Shown in pieces: positions 50,379 to 64,000 of a stretch of DNA of 64,000 nt (positions within the stretch are counted from its first letter, which is position 1; every line of letters begins with the position of its first letter). Under the pieces are notes generated by a model. The model was given only the letters and a program-made list of their open reading frames with translations, had not been told where the DNA came from and made no database searches. The position numbers were made by a program, and so were the translations under genes. Source of the stretch: Octopus sinensis (lineage: Eukaryota); NCBI RefSeq assembly GCF_006345805.1, contig NC_043007.1, forward strand, positions 41,106,001-41,170,000. The letters are read 5' to 3'.

Positions 50379-52084
50379 ATCCACGTTGAAGTGCAACATT
50401 TTTTTCTGTGTAATTAAATCTTGACTCGCAAATAACCTAAATAATAACATATATTGAGTGACGTTTCAAACAAACTTGTAGCAGTTTTTACAATATTTAT
50501 TAGACACTTTAGTCTTGCTACAACGTTTGTCTAACTCGGAAATTGTTTACATATATATTATTTTTACTCACCCTAAAATATATATTGTTGCAATGTTTTA
50601 CATAATAAAAAGAAAAAAGACTGGCTGCCCACTACTTCAAGTTTCTTTATAATCTCTATGGGATGGAGATGGCGAAAAGATGTGCAGAATTTAATTCCTT
50701 GACTTCCTATTCAGAGTTCAACTCCAACCGGAGACAGTTGTTGTTTTATTCTTCTTCAGGACTTGCGTCACATAAATGCCAATGATATACTAGAACCCTA
50801 TTTATATCGAATGATATTCCCACTGAGAAATGATGTCCTTGTACTTCAATTTCCCACTCTTGCTAATTATTGAGGACAAAGCGCCAAAGCAAACTAAGTA
50901 CCATAATCCCGTCCCACTTTTTCCCCAATTGTTTCCTTACACTGTGATTTAAAATGAAGGGCATTCCCACTTTTTTGGGGGGGAGTATCTAGTAATATAT
51001 CTGACCGGTTTTTAAGACGGTAGGATGCGGTTTGAGGGAGATATGACTGGTTGTTGTACAAAAAGGTTTTCTGATTGACTTAAATATGTATGAATGCTTT
51101 AGAGAACACGATTAAAAGCTTTACTGTGATTGTCTCGGCATCTTGATTCAAATGCTTCTGGTTGTCTTTTGCTTAGTGTTTCTTTTGTTTTTTTTTTTCA
51201 TTGCTTCCTACGTTTCTACTAAATTCTAGGAATATATCGCAAAATCAATCGTATACACCACCTTTTAATTCAAAAAGAAAAATTCTTAATATTTTCCTCT
51301 CTTAAAAGAAATTAGGCTGGTGTAGTAAACTTGTGTACGAGACGTAATCCCTCAGCCAATCGACTCTGCTATGCAGTTTCCACTCTCAGTGGATGATTTT
51401 TACATTTAGAAAACTCTTTTGCCAGCTTAGAGGAGAAATAGGGACACCTATGGGCTTTTTCAGAACCTCCATTTGCTAGAAAGAACTAAAATTCTGTAAC
51501 AAGAGTCCTGGTCTGAATGTTTGCAAATATGCCACTCAAATCTTCTATTCAAACTAGCTGGTCTATCACACCTACCTTGCAATATTATTCTAAAGATAAT
51601 CACATTAAAATCTCCAAGTTATGAGATAAAGTATGATTAGTTCAAAACCATGTGAATTGATAAGCATTACATATGACAGTAATCTGAAGGCTAAAGGGTT
51701 AACAGGAATATTTTAGGTAATAAGCTTAAATGTCATATGCACCTTTCAGTCTGCATCACTGCTATCCTTTTAATGATCAATGCATCCTATTTAAACAGGT
51801 GAGGATTTTCTCTGGCATATTGTAGTCCTTGTAATACTTTGTCATTTCTTTTATGTGGCTCAGCTTTCTGAGATCAATCAACACTTCACCCTATGACTTC
51901 TGAGGTCATCTCCTTTCAGAGGTTCTATCATCTTTGAGTATCCTATACTTCTTTATACGGTTGTTATCTTCTGTAAACATATGTCCATACCATCATTTTT
52001 CTTGTATCTGATATCCAAATTTTCTCTCATGGACACAAACATTACACATCCATTATTAATACTGATTTTTAGATTTTTGCACAT

Positions 52085-53250
52085 GTCCAACAAATTCGGA
52101 GGAGGGGTAATTCGATTACATTAACTCCAGGGTTCAACTGGTACTTATTTTATAGACTCCGAAAGGATGAAAGGAACATAGACCTCAGCGGAATGTGAAC
52201 TCTGGGCATAAAGACAGATAAATGTCGCTTAGCATTTTGCGTGGTATGCTAACGATTCCGCCAGCTCACTGCCTTAACAATAAGTAGTCCTCTTCGGGAT
52301 TAGAGTTCACAGCGTTGTCGGGCAAAGCTGTATAGCATTTCGTGTGGCATTCTACAATATCCGCCATGTTACGCTGCTTTACATTATCAGTATTAACAGA
52401 GGTGTGCTATATGTTACTACAGTATATTTATCTAGATTCTCTGTACAATATCATGAAAATATTGTTTTAACTAACTATAGCCTTCTAATACCTAAGCGCT
52501 TTATCTTCTTTAACGCTCTTTTACTGTTCATTTCTCTGTCTCATGGTGCTTTTCTCTGTACTACAATTGCCTTTCTTATGACTTCTTTCTATCCCCTCCT
52601 CTAATCTTTTCCAGAGAGTTGTAGTGCGCCTGAGTACATTACTATTAGTATTAACACGGTGAGTTGGCAGAATCGTTAGTACACTGGACGAAATGCTTAG
52701 CGGTATTTCGTCTGCCGTTACGTTCTGAGTTCAAATTCCGCCGAGGTCGACTTTGCCTTTCATCCTTTCAGGGTCGATAAATTAAGTACCAGTTACGCAC
52801 TGGGGTCGATATAATCGACTTGATCCGTTTGGTTTGTCTGTCCTTGTTTGTTCCCTCTGTGTTTAGCCCCTTGTGGGTAATAAAGAAACGGGTATTTCGT
52901 CTGTCGCTACGTTCTGAGTTCAAATTCCACCGAGGTCGACTTTGCCTTTCATCCTTTCGGGCTCGATAAATTAAGTACCAGTCAAGTACAGGGATCGATG
53001 TAATCGACTTATTCCCTCCCCCAAAATTGCTATCCCTGTGGCAAAATTTGAAACCATTGTTATAAAGTAGCTCGCTGACAGAATTGTTAGCACGCTGGAC
53101 GAAATGCTACGTTCTGAGTTCAAATTCGAAGTCTACTTCGCTTTTCATCCTTTCGGGGTCGCTAAATTAAGTACTAGTTGTGTAATGGGGTCGATGTGCT
53201 CGACTATCCCTCTTCCCACGAATTCCAAGCCTTGTGCCTATAGTAGACAG
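52085..53250. mobile_element. SINE cluster of the same family, one minus copy plus tandem plus-strand copies
   Basis: Same core repeated at ~52085-52275(-), 52655-52890, 52890-53060 and 53070-53250(+). Confidence 0.85.
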
Positions 53251-54065
53251 GATTATTATTTGAATGGTACCTCTGTGTATATCTGTGAGCCTGAGAAACG
53301 GAATTGGAAGGGGCACTTACTCTTGGTAATCGGGGATTATCCTTAGATGTCATCTTGTATCAGGAGAGCTACATCTCTATCATATCTTTGTATTGTACCC
53401 CTCATCTGCTCTGGTGGCAAGTAAATGAAATCCTCATTTCTCAAGTCAAAGTATATTAAAGTTGCGCGATGCACGTAAACTGTATACGAATGCTCATGAT
53501 ACGATAATTTACCGAAGGATGCTCATCCTAATTGTATTTTTTGTTCAGGGTTTTCGTAATCTGTTTGATTTATTACCTGATCAGTGAGCTTGAAATTTCT
53601 GAGACCATGAATGAAGGTCCAAGCGTTGGTTGTGGTTGAAACGTCCGATGTGAATGACCGGCTCAGCCACACAAGCCGCACTTTTGAGCTGTCCTGATGT
53701 TTTTCGAGTTGTAATGGTAACATAACCGGTAACTGTTGCTTGCCGTGTTGTGTCGGTGACAGTGTCCTCTTCGGTGTGATACTCGGTTCTATCTCTCCAG
53801 TGAAGTGTGTTTGATAAGATCCAAGCATTCTTGTATGGTGGATAGATTGTTGCTCCTACAGTGTGTCTTCCCTCTCCACATTATTGATGGAACCACAGCC
53901 GTTGGATTTTGACACCAACATCGTCGCAGAAGTTGCCGGAACAAATTTGTAAACAACGTCGAACTGACTCAGATGCTCCGACTCGCATTTTTTTTTTCCT
54001 TAGGGTTTACCCTCCCTCTGAGTTTCCTCCTTATTTGAAGAACTCGATGAGCACTTTACCCAGTC

Positions 54066-56160
54066 CAGTGTTGCCAACTTAAATCAGAAATTTGATTAAT
54101 TTCAATAAAAAAAATACTAAAAAATGCTAAAGACTAATTATATCAAAAAGCTTAATTTTTATTTGCATTTTTATTTACTTTCTTTAATCATTTTCAGTAT
54201 TGAGAAATAATTTCTTGAATTTCACTGATTTTGATCACATTCAGCTACAATGCCTAAGTTTTGACTTCTGTATACATTTAAGGTCCTAATCTTGTTAATT
54301 ATGTGTTTGGGAATATCGAAGTTTTTGCAACATTTGCCATATTTTATAGGCAGTATTGATCTAAGCATGGGAAGATGCATTTTGTTTTTTTAATTTTTTG
54401 ATTACACTCATACTACTGAACAACCGTTGAACTTCTGCATTTGAGTTTGGCACTGTCAATAGATCGCTGGCAAAATTTGCAATAGCATCTTTATATTCCA
54501 AGACTTCCAGCCAGAATGCTTCAGTATTAGATGTATTTGTCCTTTTAACTAAATGAATGCTATTAAAGTGAATTTCATTTGAAGCAATTCTTTCTTCATT
54601 TAAACGCATTGCTTCTAAGACAGGTAGAATTGGCCCTTTGAAATGCTGCAAAATATTCTCTACTGAAAAACATTTGATATTCCTCAGTATATTAATATTT
54701 CCTGGCAAACAGTGCTTGAGCTCTTTATAAAGGCAGAGTAAAAATTGTTGTGCTCTTTTGCGAATATTTTCTTTGGTGGCTGTTACAGTCTTCTTGATAA
54801 TCATTTCTTTCTCTCGAACCTGTAGCCTAAATCTGGTTTAGGATCCAAAATTGTTCAATAGAAGCATCACGATCAAGAAGCTCAATTCTACATGTTGGCA
54901 ACACTATCATATTAGCAACAGATTCGATCAAATTTGAAAGATCAAGTAATTTTGTTTTGTCGACAGTGTTTGATTCAAACAGTTTATTCACTTCCTGAAC
55001 ATATTTAAAAATTGGATACAAAAATAAATGGTAAAGTTCATTCCTAGAATCGCAAAACATTTCATGTAACGTTTGTGCTGTAAAGTTGTTTTTTTTGTTT
55101 TTCTTTTTGTAGTTATTTGGAAGTGAGTTTGTAATTCAAACCATTGACTTAAAATTCTATTTACCGCCGGTTCTATTGACAGCCACCTAGTTGTTCAAGA
55201 ATTCACGATCTTCAAAGGCTCTTTATCATTGATAGCAAGGAAAAGTTGTTTGTAGGCACTTTATCATGTTGAAGAATGAGAGAACCATTTATAAGTTTCG
55301 TATACTAAAAAGTGTGGGATACTGCCAACTGTAGAAAATGACATACACATCTAAATAGAAGTAATATGATGGAACTTCTTTTAATTTCTGGAAAACACCA
55401 TTCTTAACTCTTATCATTACTCTAGCATTGTCGGTTTCTATAGCCAGTAATTTTTTTTATATCTAATTTCTTTTTCGCTAATTCAATTTTTAAGGCATCT
55501 ACAATGCCATCTGCATTGAGTTTCTAAAGATGCCATACTGAGATATGTATGTACCACTTTTTTGTGAGGGTCACTGTAATATATAACAATTCCTAACAAC
55601 TTGTTTATCGATATATCATTGGATTCATCAAATAACAGGCTAATTTTTTTATATCTCCTATATCAGAAATCAAATCTCCATCAAAATCTGGAGCAAGAAC
55701 ATTTTTCACAATATTTGCACATTTTGTACAATACAACTTCACGTTGGACATATCACTATCATATAATTTTTACATAACTTTAAGTGATCACTGCTATCAA
55801 ATGATGAGTGGCAACAAATTAACATTGCTAAATTTGCTTCAAGCATAGATGTCTTATTTTTGGTTTTAATAAAACTGGTAAGAGGAATCATTTACTGTGG
55901 AGTTCATGCCTTGTATTTCTTTGCTTCACAGTGGCTTACTACAAGAGAATATTTTGCCAACATATTACATCTGCAATGTGCTTTAGATCGGTCACTAGGT
56001 ACTTCACACAACCACTTAGTAAATTCTGGCATCTTAAGCTATCCCTTTCGGAAGTTTTGCTGGTACGACTTTGTTTTTCTTTGCTCATTATAATATAGTG
56101 GGAAGCAAAAAAAAAATTGAATGATTAATAAAAATATAAAATTGAAAACACAACTTATCA
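54066..56160 (-). mobile_element. Degenerate hAT transposase relic
   Basis: ETDNARVM..KNGVFQKLK, CVCHFLQLAV (CxCH), LTVPNSNAEVQRLFSSM (hATC dimerisation domain); TIR-like CAGTGTTGCCAACTT at 54066-54080. Confidence 0.8.
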
Positions 56161-56708
56161 GTTTGCCTCAAACAATTCTTTCATTCGCCATTAACAATTC
56201 TTGTTTGTTGCTTACAAATTCTTGAGATGAATACTGATGCAGGGTGGCCAACTTATAAATGGAAAAGTAAAATCTGTGGAAATCCTAAAACTGTGTTCTG
56301 ATCTGGAACATCATATTTCGCTTCCAATCTTATATTTGTGGTTTTACTAATAGATATTAAATGTAATTACAATACTTGAAAAAAAAAAAGTAGAAATATA
56401 GAGAACCCGGCACCCCCGTACTTTTATACAAGATATATAATCCAAAACAAGGATTAAAAAACCAACTGAAAGTAAATCAGTCAACCTGTCATCATAAAAA
56501 CTGATCGCTACAGAATAAAGCATTGCTAGGACGAATTTCCATGCTTTCATTCTTTGCAACATATTTACATTATTGTATAGTGAGTTCAGGTGCTGACATG
56601 AGTTATCTTCTCATCCCCTCCACCAGCACCACTCTGTATTCAAGCGGTTGGGGGAGGGATCTGGAAAAGTTCATAACTTGATGAACTTCCTTTTGATAAA
56701 CTTATATG

Positions 56709-56752
<44 letters not shown>

Positions 56753-56925
56753 TATGTGTATATATATATATATATATGTTTATGTGTATATATATATATA
56801 TATATGTTTATGTGATATATATATATATATGTTTATGTATATATATATATATATGTTTATGTGTATATATATATATATATATATATGTTTATGTGTATAT
56901 ATATATATATATATATATGTTTATG

Positions 56926-56963
<38 letters not shown>

Positions 56964-58139
56964 TCAGCAGACACCTTGAAGCAGTTTCATAAGATTATAA
57001 TGCACCGCCAGGTTCGAGAATCGAAACCTCGACCTTACGATCGCAAGTGCAACATTCTAACGACTAGGCCATGTACCTTTCACTAGACAGCAGCAAAGAA
57101 AAATAAATGATCAAGAAAAAATAAAGCATTTTTCTTACAGTGCAGTATTTATTTATGATATCAAAACTAAAACAGTTAAGTTTTGGCATAATGAACAGCT
57201 TAATTTCTTTCATCACTTCAATTTTGTTTTCTTCTTTTTGGTGAAATTGAAATTGACAGCCTCGACATAATACGTCTAGGTTGATATGTCAAATGTTTTC
57301 TGAGTGCTATCGTTATAAATATTGGCGTTTGTTTGAAAGGGTTTACATCTGTTACCGGTGCTGAACAAAGCTAAATGTATCATTTAATAGACGATAAACT
57401 AGGACATTTCATTTGAAGAGATACAAAGTGATTTTTTTTTTTCCTTTTTTTTTTATTTTTCCTTTTTTTTTTTTTTAGGTGGGAAAGTAAGATTAGAATC
57501 GAATCTATTAATTATTCAATTAGAGCAGTGATAAAAATCGAAGTAACATAATTTGAAACTTTGGTGAACGCAATTAAAACAGTATTAAATTAATATCGCC
57601 ATCTGTGTAACATACTAAAATGTATATACAGCTTTCTTTTTACCCACAAGGGGCTAAACACAGAGAGGACAGACAAACGTATTAAGTCGATTACATCGAC
57701 CCCAGTGCGTAACTGGTACTTAATTTATCGACCCCGAAAGGATGAAAGGCAAAGTCGACCTTGGCGTAATGTGATCTCAGAACGTATAAAATGTATATAC
57801 AGCGTTGAAAGGCATGATGCGGGTTTTGCCTATAGTTATTTTAATGTTAACTCCAGGTCAGCCCTGACAAACAAATCTGTGATTTAAAAAAAAAAAGCGT
57901 TCTAGCAGCGACTTTTGTATATCTTGGAAGAATCGAATTGTCTAAATGATAATTGTCTAATTGATTAAATTTTTAAAAAATTGCGGAACTCAATCTCCAG
58001 ATAACCTAATTTCTAAGTTAAAAAAAAACCTTCCTGGCCTTGACATTTCCGTTTTTCACGGAACTCTAAGCATTCGTGAGACCCAGTTTGGGAAACTCTG
58101 GTTTAATGTCTTTTGTTGTTTTAAGACTTTTAGACAGTA

Positions 58140-58760
58140 AAAACCTCAATAGTAACGAAGACAGAATCGTTAGACAACATCGATAGAGAGACCTTATGGA
58201 ATATCCTACTATACTATAACATTCCTGAGAAGTATGTCAGCATCATGAAAAATCTACTTATATTCAAAATATTGTATACAAACAGTGACAGGTGATACTG
58301 ACTGCAATCCAATCAGGTGCGAGACGCGGTTGTATACGTTCACCTTTCTTGTTCCTACTTGATTGATTATATTATGCATGTGCAGATGGCTACAAGACCG
58401 CAGACCTGTCTTGGCATCGATTGCTGAAAGCGAAGCAGAGGTGCAAGAAATGACCAGGAGCTTGCTCAGTATCAGTAAAAAATGGGGCTGATCATTAGTG
58501 TCGAAAGAGAAAACAAAAAACCGAAAAAGCCTAAATTAATGAAAGTGGAGTAATGGTCAATTAAGAACACAATCCATGTGAATGAACGCTTGGTAAAATG
58601 CAAAACTTCACGTACCTTGACAGTAACATCAGTTGCAATAGAGATGTGGAGAGAGTGAATATCATGACAGGTAAAATAACAGTACCTATCTTAAATCAAA
58701 ATATCAGGAAAGCCCACAACATCAGTATAAGATCAAAATTCAGCTATTGTCAAGCATTGT
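58140..58760 (+). mobile_element. Decayed RTE-type LINE RT fragment
   Basis: IPEKYVSIMKNL and SGARRGCIRSPFLF (GVRQGCxLSP-like); many disruptions. Confidence 0.55.
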
Positions 58761-58784
58761 CTTCTTTAGCCTTGTAGTGATCCT

Positions 58785-59140
58785 ACAACGCGCGCGCGCG
58801 CATCGTCCATTTGTATTTCCCGCGTGTTGGTGCCTTTACCAAGGCAGAGAAAGGAAGGGCCCTCTCGCGCATGCGCGAACCACCGGAAGCACGACCCTGG
58901 CCAAGGCAGGGGGATCGTAGAACGTTTGACCGCTGGCAGCAGCAGCGGCGACTTGGGACTGCAGCGACCTAAGGAGCAGGACGTTAATATTTTCTCTCCG
59001 TTCGAACTGATTCTAGCAGTCCTTACCAAAAGGCCTTTAACCAAAATTGTTGCAGACCAACATCGTCTCCATTGTTCGACGCCATCTTGAATCCGTTTCC
59101 GTTTTTGGCGGCTGAAAATTGTAAATATTACAATCGATTA
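58785..59140. promoter_or_regulatory. CpG-rich promoter-like island
   Basis: (CG)n run at 58789-58801, NRF1-type GCGCATGCGC at 58867-58876, ETS-type CCGGAAG at 58883-58889, YY1-type CGCCATCTTG at 59080-59089. Stands out from the CpG-poor background. Confidence 0.55.
59027..59085 (-). CDS. Candidate first coding exon of an unidentified minus-strand gene (MASNNGDDVGLQQFWLKAF...)
   Basis: Minus strand CAAGATGGCG start context and a TG|GTAAGG donor, inside a CpG-rich island. No downstream exons identified. Confidence 0.35.
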
Positions 59141-59574
59141 ACTTTCAGCCTTGCGCGCCCAGAACCAAGGACATCAGATAACACACTTATTGTTATTGTT
59201 ACCAAGAAAGAGAATAAAGTAGTAAATATATATATTTTACGTCTGCGTCTTGTTGTTTCTGACGGGCAGAGATTCTGGATTATTAAAGCAACGGCCAGTG
59301 AGTGATTGCTTTCTTGTACCCCGAAAGTACAAGACAAGATATTCACCCACACGAAGTTCGTTACAGCCTTCTCTACTGCTGTGAATCATGACCATTCACA
59401 AAAGCACTAGAGAGGAAACTGAACATCTTCCTGCAAAGATGCTTGCGTATGATACACATTTCGTTCAGATACTGTTACCAATCAGACTGTACTTATGTTA
59501 GACCGTTGAGGCATCTTTAGTTAGCTTTAAGGATTACTGATGACCTGCGCAGTGATTGTTTTAAATGAAGAAGA

Positions 59575-61900
59575 GTTGTGCATCGTCAACTTCACTCTCT
59601 CGTCCTTAACCCTCTTCAATCCAGCTCAAAACAACCGAGGATGGAGACGAACGTAGTGAATGATCATGATGTCTCGTCTCATCTTGCTCTTTGCATTCCA
59701 CAATTTTTGCTTGAGCCGCCCTCTCCTCCGTTGAACCGTGAAAGTTTCTTCGGCAGCCCTGCTCGATACCTCAGCCCAGTTCTTCTCTATTTGGAGGTCC
59801 GGACCAAACCAGCCCCCTAACAGCTTAATCGAACCCTCCGTCCAACGTCCCACGACGCTGTCAGGAGGCATCGACTTGCTTTTCCAGGTGCCGAGCTGCA
59901 AGCCCACTGACTTTTCACGATTAATCCTTGCTCCTGCCACCGTCTCGTAATCCTTAATGGCTTCGCCTACCCTCTGTAGGTGTTCCATTTCGGTCACGAT
60001 GATGCTGAAATCGATTTTCCGCAACCTGGCTCACTCGAGATTCCACTCAACTTTCGCAGTAATGGCTCAAGAGCCAACACATACCACAACTGAACGTCAA
60101 GTCCATGACGACCAGCCTACCTTCAGGAACAGAAAAAAAATAACTTTTTCTCTGAAACCCGGTTTCTTTTTATTAGGACCAACACCCCACTTCCGCCCGA
60201 AGGACGGCCTGGAAAAAAGAACTTCTCATAACCGCCCAAGAGCGGGAGCAGGTTTCTTGGGCCCTTTATCCAGGTTTCAGTAGCAACAATAACATCTAAA
60301 TCCCGTGACCTAATGTAATTTAGGAAGCGCCCTTGCTTCCAGCTCGATGTCACGCTACGTACATATAAACAGCCAACATGAAAACTCATCAGGACTTACT
60401 TTTGATCAGTGGGTTCTTCACCCACCTCTTTTTCTTTCTCACGGGCTCGTCGAGATAGGTCCTCATAAACTTGCGGGGAGTAATCCTTCCGCAGAGAGCC
60501 TACGTCATGGAAGAATTTGGATTTAATTCTTCCGGTCAATTTTATATATATGAATGTCTTTGGTTGAAATTTTATTAATGCGTTAGGCAGTCGAAATGAC
60601 TGCTAACTGGTTCAAAAGTTTGTTATTTGCGGCTTTAACGGCCATTTGTTTATCGTTCAAGTTTATTGTTTTTGGCTTATTAGCCTTCATTTTCTTGATG
60701 GAAGGTTTTGTAGAGGTAGTCTGTGTATTTTTCCTTTTTATGGAAGACCACTCCTCCTCTTTCTCTTCATTGTTGCTGCTACTGCCTTCATGAGCTGTTG
60801 CTGGTGTTGATGCTGCTGCTTCCTCCTCCTCTTCCTCGTCTGATGACTCTCGTAGATAGTCGCACTTGGCCCTTCTATGGCCCTTTTTGCCGCATGTGAA
60901 GCACCTAGGCTTCCTACCTTCTTCGAAAACAACAAGCCTTGTCTCTCCGATAAGCACAACTTCTGGAATTTCTTCCAAGACAAGGAGCTCAGTTTGTATC
61001 AACATATTTAAGCTTTGCCCCTGCCAATTAATTTTCTCTGTGACTGTCACGTGGAGGATTGTAATTTTCTCCTCTAAGTTTACGGTTGTGGCTGCCACCA
61101 GCCAGGCAGCGTCCACTTCTGTTGGGATATTTTGAATTCTAATTTTTTATGTTCTTCTTCCCATGTGCGTGGGAAACAGAACCACCTCCTCATTTTTTAA
61201 TGTGTCGGTGGAATGCTGCCTGGCTTTTTCTTCCGAGTTCAATTGTAGCGAATCGTTTAGCTCTTGTAATGTATGTTATGTCTGGCCAGACAGGTCTCAA
61301 ACACTTCTCTACTTCCTTTTCCGTTACTTTGTCCATTTGTTTTTTACATGGAACGTTTTATAAATAACTAGCAGTATCGCCCGGCGTTGCTTAGATTTGT
61401 AAGGGAAATAACTATATAAGCATTTTTAGAGAGTTATAGCCAAAAAATAGCAAAAAAATGCATTAAAAATGGAAAAGAATGATGGTAATTTTTTTTTTAA
61501 ATCGTTGACTCATCGTAGACATTTTTAGAGAGTTACTTCCCTTATATAATAGCGAAAAAATGCATTAAAATGGAAAAAAATTACGGTAATTTTTTTTTTA
61601 ATCGTAGACTCATCGTAGACGCGCGCTAATACCCAGAAGGGCTCGATATGAATCACGACTATAAGATACCCGTTTTGGTTAAACTGCACCGCAAAATGTG
61701 GGAGTAGTTAGGAATCTAAATCGTAGGAAACAGACATACAACTTGACTTTTATATATAAAGATTATTTTCCGGTTTGTAGTCTCCGTTAAATCTGTTGGA
61801 GAGGCCACCTGAACTTCTCACCCCTCCTTTTTCATCATAGATTTAAACTTGTCAAGTCACATTTATCTATATTCTTTTTTTCTTTTCGCCTGCAGCTGCC
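59575..61900 (-). mobile_element. Tx1/L1-like LINE, internally deleted and interrupted by a Helentron-like element
   Basis: ORF1 PRCFTCGKKGHRRAKC; APE N-terminus ...RDLDVIVATETW; RT thumb GARINREKS...LLGGWFG. Confidence 0.8.
61367..61763 (+). mobile_element. Helentron/HINE-like non-autonomous element (inside Tx1 ORF1)
   Basis: First ~90 nt nearly identical to 16617; ends ...cagacatacaacttgacttttatatataaagat. Confidence 0.6.
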
Positions 61901-62476
61901 GGCGAATTTTTTTTGACTGGAGTCATTCTTGACTCGAACATCGAACTACTTGGCATATCCAAAATAATGTTATTTGGCAACTCCATTGAGTCTTCAAGAA
62001 AAAAAAAAACAGCCAACACCGAACAAAAAACATTTGGGGCTCACACCCCACAAAAATTGCCTTTAAACAGTTCAAGAATAATAATTTCCCCTCGCGTGGG
62101 AATTCAAAACAAGTCGCTTTTAAAAAGCAATAAACATTTACAGACGTTCCAAAAGCACTCACCACAATATCAAACAAGAAACAAACAACCCACAAGTAAA
62201 TAATCCTCAACAAGACTCTAGCGAGAGTAAGCTAATTGATTTTCTATTGTCCACAAGGGACCAACATAGATGGGGCAACACAATGAATGTGGGGAAATAA
62301 TCGGATGGGGATGAGTAATAAATAATAATAATATAATCAATAAATAATAAAATACTATAATATGAATAAATGTCATAATAATGAAAGGTGGAATTTCGCC
62401 AATCGACCCCCCGTTCGATTGGCTTCATTTAACTTTTCGATTTTACAATTTTTCTTTTCCAAAGAATTTTTCTTTT

Positions 62477-63110
62477 TTAAAACATATTTCCAACGTCTAT
62501 TCCGTAGTGATACAATTTGACATGACTTACGTATGACGGAAATTCAGTTATATCCAGTTTCACCATGGCACATCTTATATCATCCTTGTAATCTTGTAGC
62601 TGCTCCACATGCCTGGGGTTTGTCATGATACATGCCCAAGACCTTGGAAGTAGGTCACAGTAAAAAGTGTTGACCCACTTCACATTACTCCACTTATCCA
62701 CATCGTTTCTTGTTTTCCGTATTGAACAAAACAAAACAGGTATTATTTGTTTCCAGGGTCGAGGCAGTTTGGGGTTCTAGGGTGTGTGTGTGCATTTCTT
62801 TATTGTCAACTGGGGAAAGGAGAGGATCGGTGAGTGCAGGGAAAGGGTGAGGCAAAGAAGGTTTGGGTGGGAGTTTGGTGGGGCCAGTTTCATCGTTTAC
62901 TTTTTGGTTTCTTCTACGCTTTTTTCCTTTTCCCTACCGTTTTCCATTCTTCACCTTCAACCTTCTTGTTGACTTCTGCTGGCAGCGGAGGTGTAACGTC
63001 CGAGCTTTTGCGATTATCTGCAGGTGGGGGGGCAGTTTCCCCTAATGTAGCCCTTTTGGCCACATTTGTAGCAACGTGGGACCCTGCTTTCCGCTTCCAC
63101 CTTTAATATA
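62477..63110 (-). mobile_element. Tx1/L1-like ORF1 relic (paralogous to 46405-46770)
   Basis: ESRVPRCYKCGQKG(frameshift)YIRGNC...EEWKTVGKRKKRRR. Confidence 0.6.
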
Positions 63111-64000
63111 ACGTCCTCTATGTTCAGCAATCTTTTTAAACTTGTCAGTGAATAAATTACATGGATGTAAATTATTTTGCTTTCTAATTAATGAAGACGG
63201 AGGTCTTTATTAATGCCATCTGTGATCATTAAATTAAAAATAAAGAAAAAGCTTGTGTTCAGTTCCACTGCATGGCACCTTGGACAAATGTCTTCTTCTA
63301 TAACCTTGTGAGCAGATTTGGTAGACAATATCTATATTTATAAAAAGCAAGATGTGTGTGTGTGTGTGTGTGTGCGTGTGTACGTGAATGTACTTTAATG
63401 CACATCCACAAATTAGCACGCATGTCGCTCAATTTTAGGAGAACATTGGTCACGACCATGGCTGTGCTTTTGTCAACTTATTTTTTCTGATAGTGGTAAA
63501 AATAACTTTCCAACCATAACTTTTACCAATTTTCACGTCAGTGAAATCAGTAAGTTTGCTAACATGAGTTAAGTCCCCTGTCTAATAGATTAATTCACCC
63601 TACTACAATGTCTCCGAAAAAAATTACATTTGGACTACCTAAGCAATCTCTGCGTAGGAAAAGAGAAAGAGCTGAAGATACTGACTATTAGAAATCCCGT
63701 TAGTAAAATATAACTTTTGGGGCCGAAACCTGGCAATAAGTGCTAGCGGATAATCCGCTACAAAACATTCGATTAAAGCAGTATCTTTCATAAATCAGAG
63801 TATAATTTCTGAAGCCAGTCAACAACGGGTATTTCTGCTAGTATGCAATATATGTCAGTTTGAGAACTAAGTTGATAACTCCAGTTGAAAGATCATCATT
63901 TGCCCTAGGCAATGAAGGTAAACCTTCCTGTAGTTAAAAATAGCAGCCAAACCTCCCTCAAATTGGATTAACCCTACTGTTTTTAATCCTCTGAACATGA

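Noticed and set aside
57140-57360. Possible minus-strand terminal exon (PVTDVNPFKQ...RRKQN*) followed by AATAAA
   Set aside because: Its phase is incompatible with the candidate first exon at 59027, there is no recognisable homology, and chance is likely.

Overview
AT-rich, microsatellite-dense animal genomic DNA. The SINE families and repeat landscape suggest an octopod cephalopod (inference). There is a 100-N scaffold gap at 38580-38679. Left of the gap, eight phase-compatible GT-AG exons (7905-37031, + strand) encode most of an SLC22/organic-cation-type MFS transporter; I could not find its first (TM1) or last (TM12) exon. Right of the gap are a ~4.9 kb complex tandem array, an intronless 274-aa four-TM ORF with a duplicated PPxY-type module (49554-50378), and a CpG-rich promoter-like island with a candidate minus-strand first exon (~58.8-59.1 kb). 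The rest is TE debris: tRNA-derived SINEs, an R4/Dong LINE, CR1, Tx1/L1, RTE, Penelope-like elements, Tc1, mariner, pogo, hAT, Helentron-like elements and MITEs. The most striking non-coding signal is a set of type-I hammerhead-ribozyme motifs found by eye. The best lies in a structured 358-nt unit inserted as an inverted plus partial-tandem copy with a 12-bp TSD (44493-45251), and carries the rare compensatory U3-A8 core pair. All alignments and folds were done by eye; TE boundaries are approximate.
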